Below are positions 27,501 to 37,371 of a stretch of DNA of 64,000 nucleotides, one piece after another (the stretch's first letter is position 1; each line of letters starts with the position of its first letter). Position numbers and translations under genes: made by a program. Under the pieces are notes generated by a model. That model saw only the letters and a list, made by a program, of their open reading frames with translations. It made no database searches and had not been told where the DNA came from. Source of the DNA: Pocillopora damicornis (taxonomy: Eukaryota); assembly GCF_003704095.1 (NCBI RefSeq), contig NW_020847369.1, positions 62,001 to 126,000 of the forward strand, given 5' to 3'.

Positions 27501-28387
27501 ATTTGTTTCCGCAAAATATAAAAACTATTACAAAATTTTCATGCTACTCGGGGTGATTGAATTCCGTGTAACCTTGAAGTAGAGTGTGTTTGTCCAACCT
27601 CTCAGTTCTTTGGACTAAAAGGTGCTTGCTACGTGTAAAAACATTTGCAGTTCACTGAAACTTCCTGAAGTGGGATTAAAACCTAACTCTGAGTTTCATC
27701 AACAAAAAACAGTCGAGCAGACTTGTAGATTGTGGGTGGCCGCTATGTCGCACTAATCAGAAGAGAGTTGAAGACATAACTGTAATAACTGTTCTCTAGT
27801 GTGGTCGATACAAACGGACTAAAACTCAGAAGGTACCAAATTTGGACACAAGCTGGATTATTTTTAGTGAGTTTCCCTGTTATAATTCAGTTGACAATAG
27901 CCGAATGCGATGACACAGTCTGGGCGGAATATACAAAGTGTAGTTTGCGGAATTTTACAACAGCGTTCAAGGACTCAATTTTTCAGAGAAACTCAAAACC
28001 GTGAAAGTAGAAGAAAGAGTATAAAAGTGTACCCCAAAACCAGAGACGCATTTTGGAGGGAACTCGATCCAATACAGAGAAGCAACTTTACAAAATAGAA
28101 CAAATAAAGAGCACGGCCAACAGTTTTAAAACGCAGATTTAAGGGTCTGTTATCTAAATGCAACACTTACTAGAAAAATCAACTTTGATCTCATTGTCAT
28201 CGTAACCAAACACTGGGAAACTATGAATAGTATTTTGAAGATTTTAGTTTTCCGCTTAATTTGAATTCGCTCGGTATATAATTTTGACAAAGGGCTAACG
28301 CACGAAACGTTAGTTTTGAAATTGTTTATGGTGGCTAATTTACATCGTCAACTCAGTTGATAGAACCAAATTATCTTGTTACAATTC

Positions 28388-28428
<41 letters not shown>

Positions 28429-30445
28429 TTTACATAATTTTGGTTATTTGTACCTCGTAGGAATTTACTTTGATTTTTGAATGCGCTACCCTAGTCATTA
28501 CGCTGATCATTTCCTCGTGTTGAGATGAATTCATTTCAATTCAGGCGACGCAAGATTTCAAAAACTTGTACTGTAATAAGAAACCCTTTCACTTTCGGGA
28601 GTGACTAACGCTCCTCACCGTATTAATCATTTTACAGTGACCAAAGTAACTTCGACTTCAGCCTTAAGATTGAGTGATAGTCAAAGCAATTTTTTTTAAG
28701 TTGAAAGATGAACAATATCATTTACATGATCCAAAATGATACAAGAAATCAATTATGTTGCATAAGTCTGGGGAAATTAAATTCCGGAAACCATTAATTC
28801 AGTAATCAATCGTTAGTATTTAGAGAATGTTGATACATTTACAGGTCTAATTAGATAAAAAGAATCAAAATTGAAAAGCGATATTTTTGTATCAATTCCT
28901 TTGTCCACTCATGCAGTTTCTCGCGTGCGTAAATGATTTTTGTTGGATGTTTGAAACAGTTCGAATATGCAGCCTTCCTTCCTTGTGTGAATTTGTTAAG
29001 GGTGAACTGAAATACAGTTTAAAAAGTGTAACTTGAAAATGTTCATGGGGCGGCGGAAAAATGGAGGAAAAGGGGGAAGGGGCTGTAACCTTGCCGGCCT
29101 TGCTGAGTGAAGAATCGGTTCTACATGATATCCAACTTTGTGGTCTTTCCACAAATCATCTCTTCAGAATCACGCTTCGCGAGATAATGTGTTGTGTTTT
29201 GAACAACTGCCTGGTTATACACTGTTACAATTTAACCACGACTACAACAGGTAGTTTTTTCGCATTTCAAAGAGGTTTGCCAGCTTATGCCAACGCCATT
29301 TTAGGAAATTTGGTTTGGTTAGCAATAAGCTCTCATCTTTTAAACTTTCCGCTGCTCAAGCAATGCTTAGGCTGTTCGAGCAATGTTGAACATAGAAAAT
29401 TGGGGGAGGGGGGAATGGAGGAGCCAACATCGCTGTCCCTCCCCCCTCCCTGCACCTCTGCCACGCCGCCTAGGCAATCTACATTTTTAAAAATTTTAGA
29501 TTTACATCCATTTTAAACAACTACGGCCGAAGTCAATTCCATTTGGCTAATTGACCTTGAGTGACAGTGCCTAAAGAATTTAAATTCTACAAAGGGAGAT
29601 CGAACATATTTCTTTGTCTCGGTCCGTGCGACTGTCTGCTTCTTTAAAAAGCTTAACTAAAATTAGCTGACCTCGTCCGATATTATCGCAATAGTTCAGA
29701 CTACTTAGCTCGTAGTTCTAACAAAAATTAATGATAATCATTCAGTTGTACGGAAAATGAAAGATGTTTGTAAACGATTAAGGTTTCTATTGCACGCGAA
29801 AAGAAATTTTGCTCGTACTTTCTTAGCCAACCTACGAGCAATTTGCAGAGCATAGAACACTTGTCTAGTTGCCTGCGTGAAGTGTGAGGAGTGTCTGTCT
29901 TGTTTGAATATTTAATTTCGACGTCTAGGAACTGTGTAAATTCAATTTGCAACGTCCAGAAAATTGGGAAGGACAAAATCTGTCCGTACTTTGCCGTATT
30001 CTAGCTGTGTGCAGCGCCAGTAAAAATAATATTTTATGCTAAAATATGACTTCCTTCTCTCTGATAATTTTATGGTTACTACAGAATGATTTTGTTTGGT
30101 TCCTGTCTTGGTTGAGTAAAATCCTCTGTCTACATTTCCTTTTTGTCACAGAAATGAAAATAATGGTTTTGTAAAAGTAAACTAAGAAGTTTTAAATTTT
30201 ATACACAAAAATTAATTCATTCTATTTTAATTTGTTTCCAGACCCCTCGCTTTACTTTTTGTCACCTGATATTAGTTATTCTAACTCCTCCTTTTAATAT
30301 TTCAGACGAACTTTCCCAAATGTTCCAAGAAGCCGGCCTTGTTGAAGAACAGAACTACGTTGACCGCCGACTTCAAGTGAATCGCGGCCGGCAGCTGAAA
30401 ATGTATCGTATTTGGATTCAGTGCAAGTATAGGAAACCTAGATAA
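12535..30445 (+). CDS. METTL2: tRNA N3-methylcytidine methyltransferase METTL2 (Trm140 family), 11 exons, 348 aa
   Basis: Exons 12535-12620, 12793-12884, 13480-13540, 14417-14660, 14783-14832, 15372-15432, 16195-16334, 16670-16700, 16841-16916, 17928-17993, 30306-30445 total 1047 nt with all phases matching. Motifs: [39 protein letters not shown] motif [69 protein letters not shown]. Confidence 0.95.
12977..13188. mobile_element. piggyBac-like MITE (TTAA-flanked), second subfamily
   Basis: TTAA-ccctttacaccctaacatcagtatgca...agag-TTAA. Related copies at ~3823-3997, 13820-14021, 30886-31090 (inverted), 34795-34998 and 35289-35471. Confidence 0.8.
13820..14229. mobile_element. Two adjacent piggyBac-like MITEs sharing one TTAA
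   Basis: The left element ends agagTTAA (14018-14021) and the right element starts at the same TTAA (ccctttcactctcaagatct...aaggaTTAA 14226-14229). The right element has a relative at ~41361-41560. Confidence 0.75.
15080..15214. mobile_element. Palindromic MITE-like element
   Basis: ~33-bp inverted arms: aacaattggttcatacgtcagcgtgcattcatc / gatgaatgcacagctgacatatgaaccaattgtt. Confidence 0.7.
20227..20457. repeat. Local tandem duplication, 125-bp period, ~105-bp matching units
   Basis: cactcagtgaat.tctttcttgagtgac.tgcaagcc.attaatgaa.gcaaagtttgaaatatttatctt.tgagat.agaaagatt... starts at 20227 and again at 20352. Confidence 0.9.
22664..23705 (-). CDS. snail: Snail-family C2H2 zinc-finger transcriptional repressor, 2 exons, 251 aa, nested in the last intron of METTL2
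   Basis: Exon 1 (23705-23621) encodes the SNAG domain [14 protein letters not shown] intron spans 23620-23335, and exon 2 (23334-22664) is in phase. Five fingers include [59 protein letters not shown] and a terminal C2HC finger ([16 protein letters not shown]). Candidate polyA signal at 22166-22171 (minus). Confidence 0.96.
23820..24240 (-). promoter_or_regulatory. Snail proximal promoter with motif cluster
   Basis: CCAAT (minus, 23843-23847), perfect CRE TGACGTCA 23859-23866, E-boxes CAGGTG 23872-23877 and 24151-24156, TCF-type CTTTGAA 23885-23891, SOX-type CATTGTT 24172-24178 and 24183-24189. These are motif matches only. Confidence 0.55.
27790..28220 (+). mobile_element. Degraded LINE (CR1/L2-type) fragment
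   Basis: From 28139 the frame reads LRVCYLNA...[11 protein letters not shown], resembling the start of an APE endonuclease domain with a deletion. No intact ORF. Confidence 0.35.
28285..28432 (+). mobile_element. Penelope-associated short repeat with a decayed hammerhead core
   Basis: tgacaaagggctaacgcacGAAACgttag...ggtggctaatttaca..caactcagttga...cccaccgacgcagcaccacagtttctttagaaactta. Related copies at ~34175-34285 and, inverted, at ~14925-15020. Confidence 0.6.
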
Positions 30446-31155
30446 CGAAAAACTGTCTGGAAAAAAAAGAGGGAATTCTCGAATTCCATGTAAATGTTGT
30501 GGAAACTTGTAGATTTCTCAAGACTATCGGAGAAATCTGCTCAACTTTAAGGAAACCAGCTACTCACCAAAGATAAATCTTGCAAGTGTAGCATTTCGCT
30601 ACATAATATTTATTTATTTACACCAAATTTCCATTTGCTTGAACCCCTTACCAATGGAATGAGATACGAGGTTACTTAATCAAACATAAAAAAATGAAGA
30701 AAAAGAAAAGAAACAAAACCCACGTGCGTTAAAAAAGAAATAAAAGTGAAACTCCATGAAAGCATTTTTAACTTGGGTACAAGATAATCAAAATTTCCCA
30801 AATTCCTTGGTAACAGCAGGGATGGGACATCCTCAGCATTTTTAAGAATTATTAAGTGCTTAGTTTCCCGTGAATACACATTTACTATCCCTTTGATCCT
30901 GAAAAGTGACTGACTTCTACATTTACCTTACATTACATTCCTTGAATCAAATGTAACAGTCATAAGAATAACGGAAATGATCACCAATTTAAAAAGCTCC
31001 TGTTTGTCAAACAAATTCTCTCTGTATTACCATAGAAAATGTAAAGAGAAAAGTGTGGAAATACGAATAATGAAATTAGGGTGTAAAAGATGAAGTCCTA
31101 GCCATCTCTGTTCTGCTGGAGTTCCACAACAAAAGACAGACTTCTCAATTGGTCT

Positions 31156-34100
31156 TTACTTGTCACTGAATTTCGTATGCTTTGGTAGTTTTGTCTTTAC
31201 TTCTGAAGCCTTTGAGGAAAACAAAAACAAAAAAAAACAACATTATTTACCCTAGTACTTCGAATCGCAATGTCTTTAATATTGGCATGAGTAACAGGTT
31301 TGGCGAGAGAATTGCACAGCTGTGAAAGCACTTCATTGCAACTGCTCTGAGATTGTTCAACTCCTATTGCTTGGAAGGTATTTGTCTACCAGTCTTCTCT
31401 GCATGAGTATCTTAAAATCAAAGCCAACGAAATCACATCCCCAATAAGCAACCAGAACAAAGATAAATATTTTGAAAACCTGTGCTGAAATTATCATCAG
31501 AATCAGGGTTCTGAGGTTCATGTTTAAAAGTTAGAGTTCTGCTAAGGTTGTTGAAACATCAGGCAAAAGCGCCATAAACAAGAAATTCAGAAATTCTCTC
31601 ACAGCCCCCTAGACAATCAGTCTAAATGATTTCTCCTGGGTTCAAACTGTAAAGTCTGGACTGTCTTTTGTTTTGTATCTAATTGGTTGGCAAGGAAGCA
31701 AAAGTTTTCTACAACTGTTCAAAACTGATTGGTATAGTTGAACCTCGATTATCCGGACCTTGATTATGCGGATTTCTCAATTATCCGAACTTTTTCTCTG
31801 ATCCCAGTTTTGTCCTGAATATTTATTAGTCATGATCAAGACCCGTAGCCATATTCTTTAAAACTAGAGCGTTGAAAAGTGAAGAAAGTTGGGTTTGTTT
31901 TGCTTTCAAAAAGCAAAAGCAGTGCCTTGTAATGCGTTGTAACTAACGAAGAACATTAGAATGAGGTCTGATTGGCTTAGAGTTGCTTTGTTGCTGTGTG
32001 AGGTTTCACACTCTACACAGCATCACAAATGGTTATTCAAGATCATTATGTCCTTGATTTGTAAATGTTTTGTTACGCTTAAATGTTATTTTTTAATTTT
32101 AATCAGTTTTTGTTCCTCATTAATATTCATATTCTTAATTATCCAGACACTCGATTATCCGAACTATTTCATCTAGTCCCAACAAGTCCGAATAATCAAG
32201 GTTTGACTGTATCAATTCAGTTTTTGGACCCCCCCCCTCCACTGATTAGATTTTTGCCATGCCACAAATGGGAAGTTTGAGGATTGAATGTAATTATTTC
32301 ACTGTTAGTTTTTTCCTTTTAATCCGTTATTGCTAATAAACTGTTTAATTTCAATGCCAACCACAATGGAAGGTGAAATCAATCAATACCATCTTGTTAA
32401 CACTAGCAGCACTTTTGACATGTGATTAATTATTTCTCTAGTTAATAATTAAACTTGCATACTTACATATCCAGGAAAGTCATAGTCAATACCAAGATCC
32501 TTGATCTTCTTTCTCTTTCTTTTTTCTTTTTTTAAAATGTTTTCCACTTGCTTTTCATGTTCCTTTTTACTTTTTTCCTGTAAATGCAAATCAAAAAGAC
32601 ATCTTACATAAGACCATCACCTATTTGGTAGAGAAAATAAGTATATTGATGAAATTTTAGTACCTTGTCAAACAATACCAGCTAATAAAATTTGTAAGGA
32701 TCTTCAATTCCTACACACTACTTCAAGTACTTGATACATATTATGAAAAATTTTAGGGTAAAACATTATTAGTTCCTCATCAAGCACCACCACCTGATTG
32801 ATTAGAAAGGATCTTCAATTCCCACACACTACCACAAGTGCTTGATACACAGTACAAAAAGTGCGCTGTGGGCCAGTTACACACATAACTGCATAAATCA
32901 AGGATTTTAGATTCAGGCCAGCTGAAATACTTCAGAAAAAAAAAATTTCTTATAACCATTATTCCAAGGAGCAAACAGGTATTTTCAATACATGCATGTG
33001 TTCATCATGAGTCATTTACAACTGCAGCTTCTCTAGAAGAAAATAATTGTTCTGTTTGCTTCTTCACTTAAGCTACTGCACACCTTATTGTGCTTTGTTA
33101 TTTCTTCTTGCTGCCGCGGTATAGAATAAAACTTCCTCTCTGATCCTTTCCACAGCCTTGGATGAACCTTTTCCTTTGAAACTACTTTGCCTGTAAACAC
33201 AAAAGCAAGCAAAGGGAAAAGGTTGATCTTTTGTTTTGGGTATCAGGAAAAGGAAAGTCTAACCTCCAATTAAGATTTGGATGCTGTTCAGTTGCTCTTG
33301 GAAAGTTGAATAATCTACCAACTGAGATACAATGAACTCCTCTGCAGGGATTTGAAAATGTTTTGAAGTAGGCATCAGACTCTACCATAGTATGTGACTG
33401 TGAAAAGTTAATTAACCCTTTAACTCCCAAGATCTGATTGTTAATTCTCCCCTTTAGCTGCTACATAGTTCCTTGTAAATTAGTTATGAGAATTTGGTGT
33501 TAGATCAAGAAAAAAACTTCTACCTGACACATTTGAGTGTTCTCATTACTTGTTTGCTGGATACTGCATGGATATTGTAGGGAGAAGTTACTTGTTGATC
33601 ACTTCTGGGAGTTAGGGGGTTAAGGGCCTTTAGGTAACTATTTTAATCAGAGTAACTAGCAACATGTTATCAAGTAGCAGTTGGAACTCTGGCGGCTGCC
33701 GGCTTGGACCCCCCCCTTTTTTTCAAGCAAGTATGCAATATTCAGGGGGTGAAAACTGGTGAGTACCCTCTGTTTGTTGCAGTGCAACACCCTCCCCCCT
33801 CCCCCATCCCTTTTGAAAAATTTGGCTAAGCCCCTGCTGGACCTCTTGGTCATGGAGTCCTGCGCACTGACCATTGGGCCAATGTGTGTAACATGTCCTG
33901 CCAGTTGCTGCTGACAAATAATAGTAAGCTCATGTGTAATAACTTCTCACTACCTTTTCCTTGCAAACTGTACGCTACTCAAGAAATACTTAGTTGTATC
34001 AACAGATACCTGAAAATAACTACGGTAAATAAACTTGACAATCAAATTATAAAACAATTATTAAATGCAGTCATCACAAAACACCATATCAGTGTGGTGC

Positions 34101-37100
34101 AGATCATATTTTTACCACAGCCTTCAGCTTTGAGCTGTTCACCAATAACAAATAATGATACTTTGTCTCATAACGTAGCAACTACTTATGGTGGCCAATT
34201 TACATTATCCACTCAGTTGAAAAAATCAAATCATCTTTTTATAATTCCCACCTACATCGCACTAAAGTATCTTTAGAAACTTAATACCATTATTTGATTG
34301 TGTGATAAAATTTGATAAATCTTTGCTTCAAATCAATGTGGTTTCTCTTTTAGTGACATATTATCCTACGGTACGTACATTTTAGTAATCTCCCAAACAT
34401 CATGTAGTTGTCCATAGTTTCAGCTGCAATCTTGGCTACTTCGTCACAGGAAAACTCTACAAAGGCATATCCTTTTGACCTTGCAGTCTATATAGTGACA
34501 AAAAAATAAAACAAAACAAAATTAATAAAGCAAGGGAACAAATAAATTCTTTAATCTTATCATGGCTGTGGTCTAGCAGTACCCAGTGGCCCCTAGCATC
34601 TAACTTTTGCTCATGGGTGACTTAGGAATTTAGTTTTTCCATAAAAAGCAAGCACCCTTGATTTCACAGTTTCAGAGCCCTGGGCTCCCTTCAATTTTTC
34701 TTAGAGCGCAACCTTATCTTATCTTTGAGTCCTTTGTGCTTCAGTAATGGGCTAATGCTAAAATATTGGCTTGTCAAAATTTGTAACTCTGATTTTCACC
34801 CTAACATGAGTATGCATATTCTCCATACTGTTCTCTATACATACCCTTAGGTGCTGGCAGGGAGAATGTATTCAACAATCAAGAACTTTTTTTAGTTGGT
34901 GACCATTTCATTTATTCTCTTGGGCTTAATGTTTGATTTAGATGTGATATTATAATGAGAAATTATATGCTAGTCACTCTTAGAGGTTTAGGGGTTAACC
35001 CTTAAACTCCCAGACCTGATAGCATCCCTGTTACAATTCCAATATGTTATTTGGTAAACTGGTTCTGAGAGCAGACAAGCTTACCAGCTACAGAGAGTTT
35101 TCATGGGTTAAGCACCCTATAGTTTATAATTCATCTATGAATTTCAACTGCCTGCAGACATAGCATGACAATCTATTGAAAAACTAATAAATTTGCAAAA
35201 TAACTTCTCCTTGTCTTGTTTCAACATCTGTTACTGTCCTCAATAACAACTGCTTTCAAGATTACCTTTCTCTGGAATATCATTCTATTTAACTCTTTAC
35301 ACCCTAATATCAGTAGTCCCAATACATTTCCTACAGTGCTGATAATGAGAATTTGTTCAACAATCCAAAATTCTCTAGTTGGTGACCATTTCCTTTATTT
35401 ATTGGGTGATTTGGGGGTGACTTTGTAAAGAGAAATTAGAAGCTAGTGGCTCTAAGGCGTCTAAGGCTTAACAACAGTATAACAAACATTTTGGAGAAAT
35501 TCTGTTTGCAGGTTTCTTCTTAGGAATCTCAGCCTCCTACCTTCTTACTTCTTGATAATCTGACTTTATTCACCGTGCCAAACTGTGAGAAAAACTTTCG
35601 TATTTGACCTTCATAGAAGCCATGTGGAATGTGACCGAGATAGATAACACCAGGTGTCAAGTTGTTAGCCTAAAATAAGATAAATTATCATTTAGTACAA
35701 GTACTTTGATTGGTCAATTTAGAAGGCCATATTCCAGTGGGCAGCCCACTAAATTCAAAAGTTTGTTTGAATTGAAATCTTCCGCTTCTTTTTGAACCCA
35801 AAGATATAACAAATATATCATTGACCTCATTTTCTCAGTTCATATTATACTTTAAAGAACCTTGTTTTTTCTGTTAGGTGGTATTGTCCACATGCTTCTG
35901 CTCTAAGCAGAAAAAACTTGGTCTGCAACTTAAGTATGGACCTCAGTTATCACTTCATTACATGTGTGCCGAAATTTATACTTTTATTATGTGGACATGA
36001 GTGTTTTAGTGAGAACTAGACCACTCATAGAATCAATATGAACACAATCAGTCAATTCCTGCCTTTTCAAACTTCACTGAATGAACTTGGGGTTTGTTTG
36101 TTATTTGGAATATTAAATGGTCATAAGATTTCTTGTGGTAAGTGAAGATGTATATGTATTTTCCTAACAACAAGACAACAAAAACACAAAAAGAAAACCT
36201 GTTTGATCTTAAGATTTTCAAGGAATTTCTGAAAGTTATAACAAGTCAAAGGTAAGTTTTTATTCTGCTTGTGCTAAACAGCCTTCAAAGGTTTTTAGTA
36301 GGAGTGAATGTAAAATTATCTTATGATTCAAATTAAGAGTTAGTAATTGAATTTTCATTAAGCTCTTAACACCATTTCACATGTATTTCAGTGTAACTGA
36401 TGGTCCTACATGTAAACCTTTTGTAATTTGGGCACAAGTTTTCAATCTCTTCCATGTACATTAATTGTCCATGTAACAAATATGAGTTAGCTCAAAGATG
36501 TGAATTTTAAATTCTTGTGGCATGAATAATGGCTCATTTGTGAGCTATTAATCATGCCACTTGAACATAAAATTCATATCTTCTCATCACCATGTACTAT
36601 CCTCGTCATATTTCAGAATTATTGCTATGATCACTAATTAAGTTTTTTTTAAAGAAAACGGCTTGAGATAGATCATACACATTCCAAAATTTTTCGCCAT
36701 TTCCTAATTACACACAAAAGCTTTAGGTTAGCTTCACCAGGATGCAAGCAATTGTTCACTGAATAGTTTTAGCTTAATAAAAACCACAAATGTTTGGCTC
36801 CAGTCCTATCAAATTCAAAACCACTGACTGCAGAAACTTCCCAAAAATTTTCCAACTTCTCTACAAACACATTATGCACACAGTTTGATTGGTTCTTTCG
36901 TATGATCTATGGAAGGACAGAGGCACATCTTAAAAAACTGATAGAATCCGTGTTGCCGGGGGTCTCTAATGTGCTACATCACAGAAGCTAGAAGACATCA
37001 AAAATTTCTGAACAAACGCACGGGACACATGAAATCTTTTCGTCGAGCAAACAGTTCAAAGAGTTGTAAGGAAACAAAACTAGAGAAACAGGCGACAACA

Positions 37101-37248
37101 TTCTCTTAACTGCAAAATAAAACAATCTCCTTCTTACCGTCGCACTTATTCTTTTTACTCTATCCTCGAATTCTTTCTGTTTGTTCGAATCAAGAGCTAA
37201 AGTTGCCATTTCTTTCGCGTTACTCTCTTCGTTGTTTTCATTCGCCAT
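31156..37248 (-). CDS. NIFK: MKI67 FHA domain-interacting nucleolar phosphoprotein (Nop15 homolog), 6 exons, 206 aa
   Basis: Minus-strand exons 37248-37138, 35669-35541, 34487-34379, 33190-33084, 32577-32467, 31209-31156 total 621 nt with matching phases. [69 protein letters not shown], plus C-terminal [10 protein letters not shown]. Confidence 0.94.
31735..32209. mobile_element. Tc1/mariner-pogo type MITE in the last NIFK intron
   Basis: TA target duplication (31733-31734, 32210-32211), imperfect TIRs tagttgaacctcgattatccgga / tccgaataatcaaggtttgactg, and internal repeats of the gattatccg motif. Confidence 0.8.
33412..33623. mobile_element. piggyBac-like MITE in a NIFK intron
   Basis: TTAA-ccctttaactccca...tgggagttagggg-g-TTAA; reverse-complement match to 10100-10311. 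Confidence 0.8.
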
Positions 37249-37371
37249 GTTGCAAATTTTTACCACGTGCACGCAGAGCGCATGTACTTAAGAATATATA
37301 CGAGCCCGCAATTCTAACAAGAGAACCATTGCCTTGACAACTACAATAAACCGCTCAGGTTGGAATACAAA
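37249..37371. promoter_or_regulatory. Bidirectional promoter shared by NIFK (-) and MDH1B (+)
   Basis: Only 123 bp separate the two start codons. The interval contains CACGTG (37264-37269), GCGCATG (NRF1-like part, 37278-37284) and X-box-like ATTGCC-TT-GACAAC (37328-37341). Confidence 0.75.

Noticed and set aside
29061-29516. 151-aa ORF inside the METTL2 intron
   Set aside because: No domain-like composition or splice support, and it spans G/C-run repeat remnants.
32696-32850. ~43-bp direct repeat pair in a NIFK intron
   Set aside because: Two diverged copies only; an ordinary local duplication, not a CRISPR-like array.
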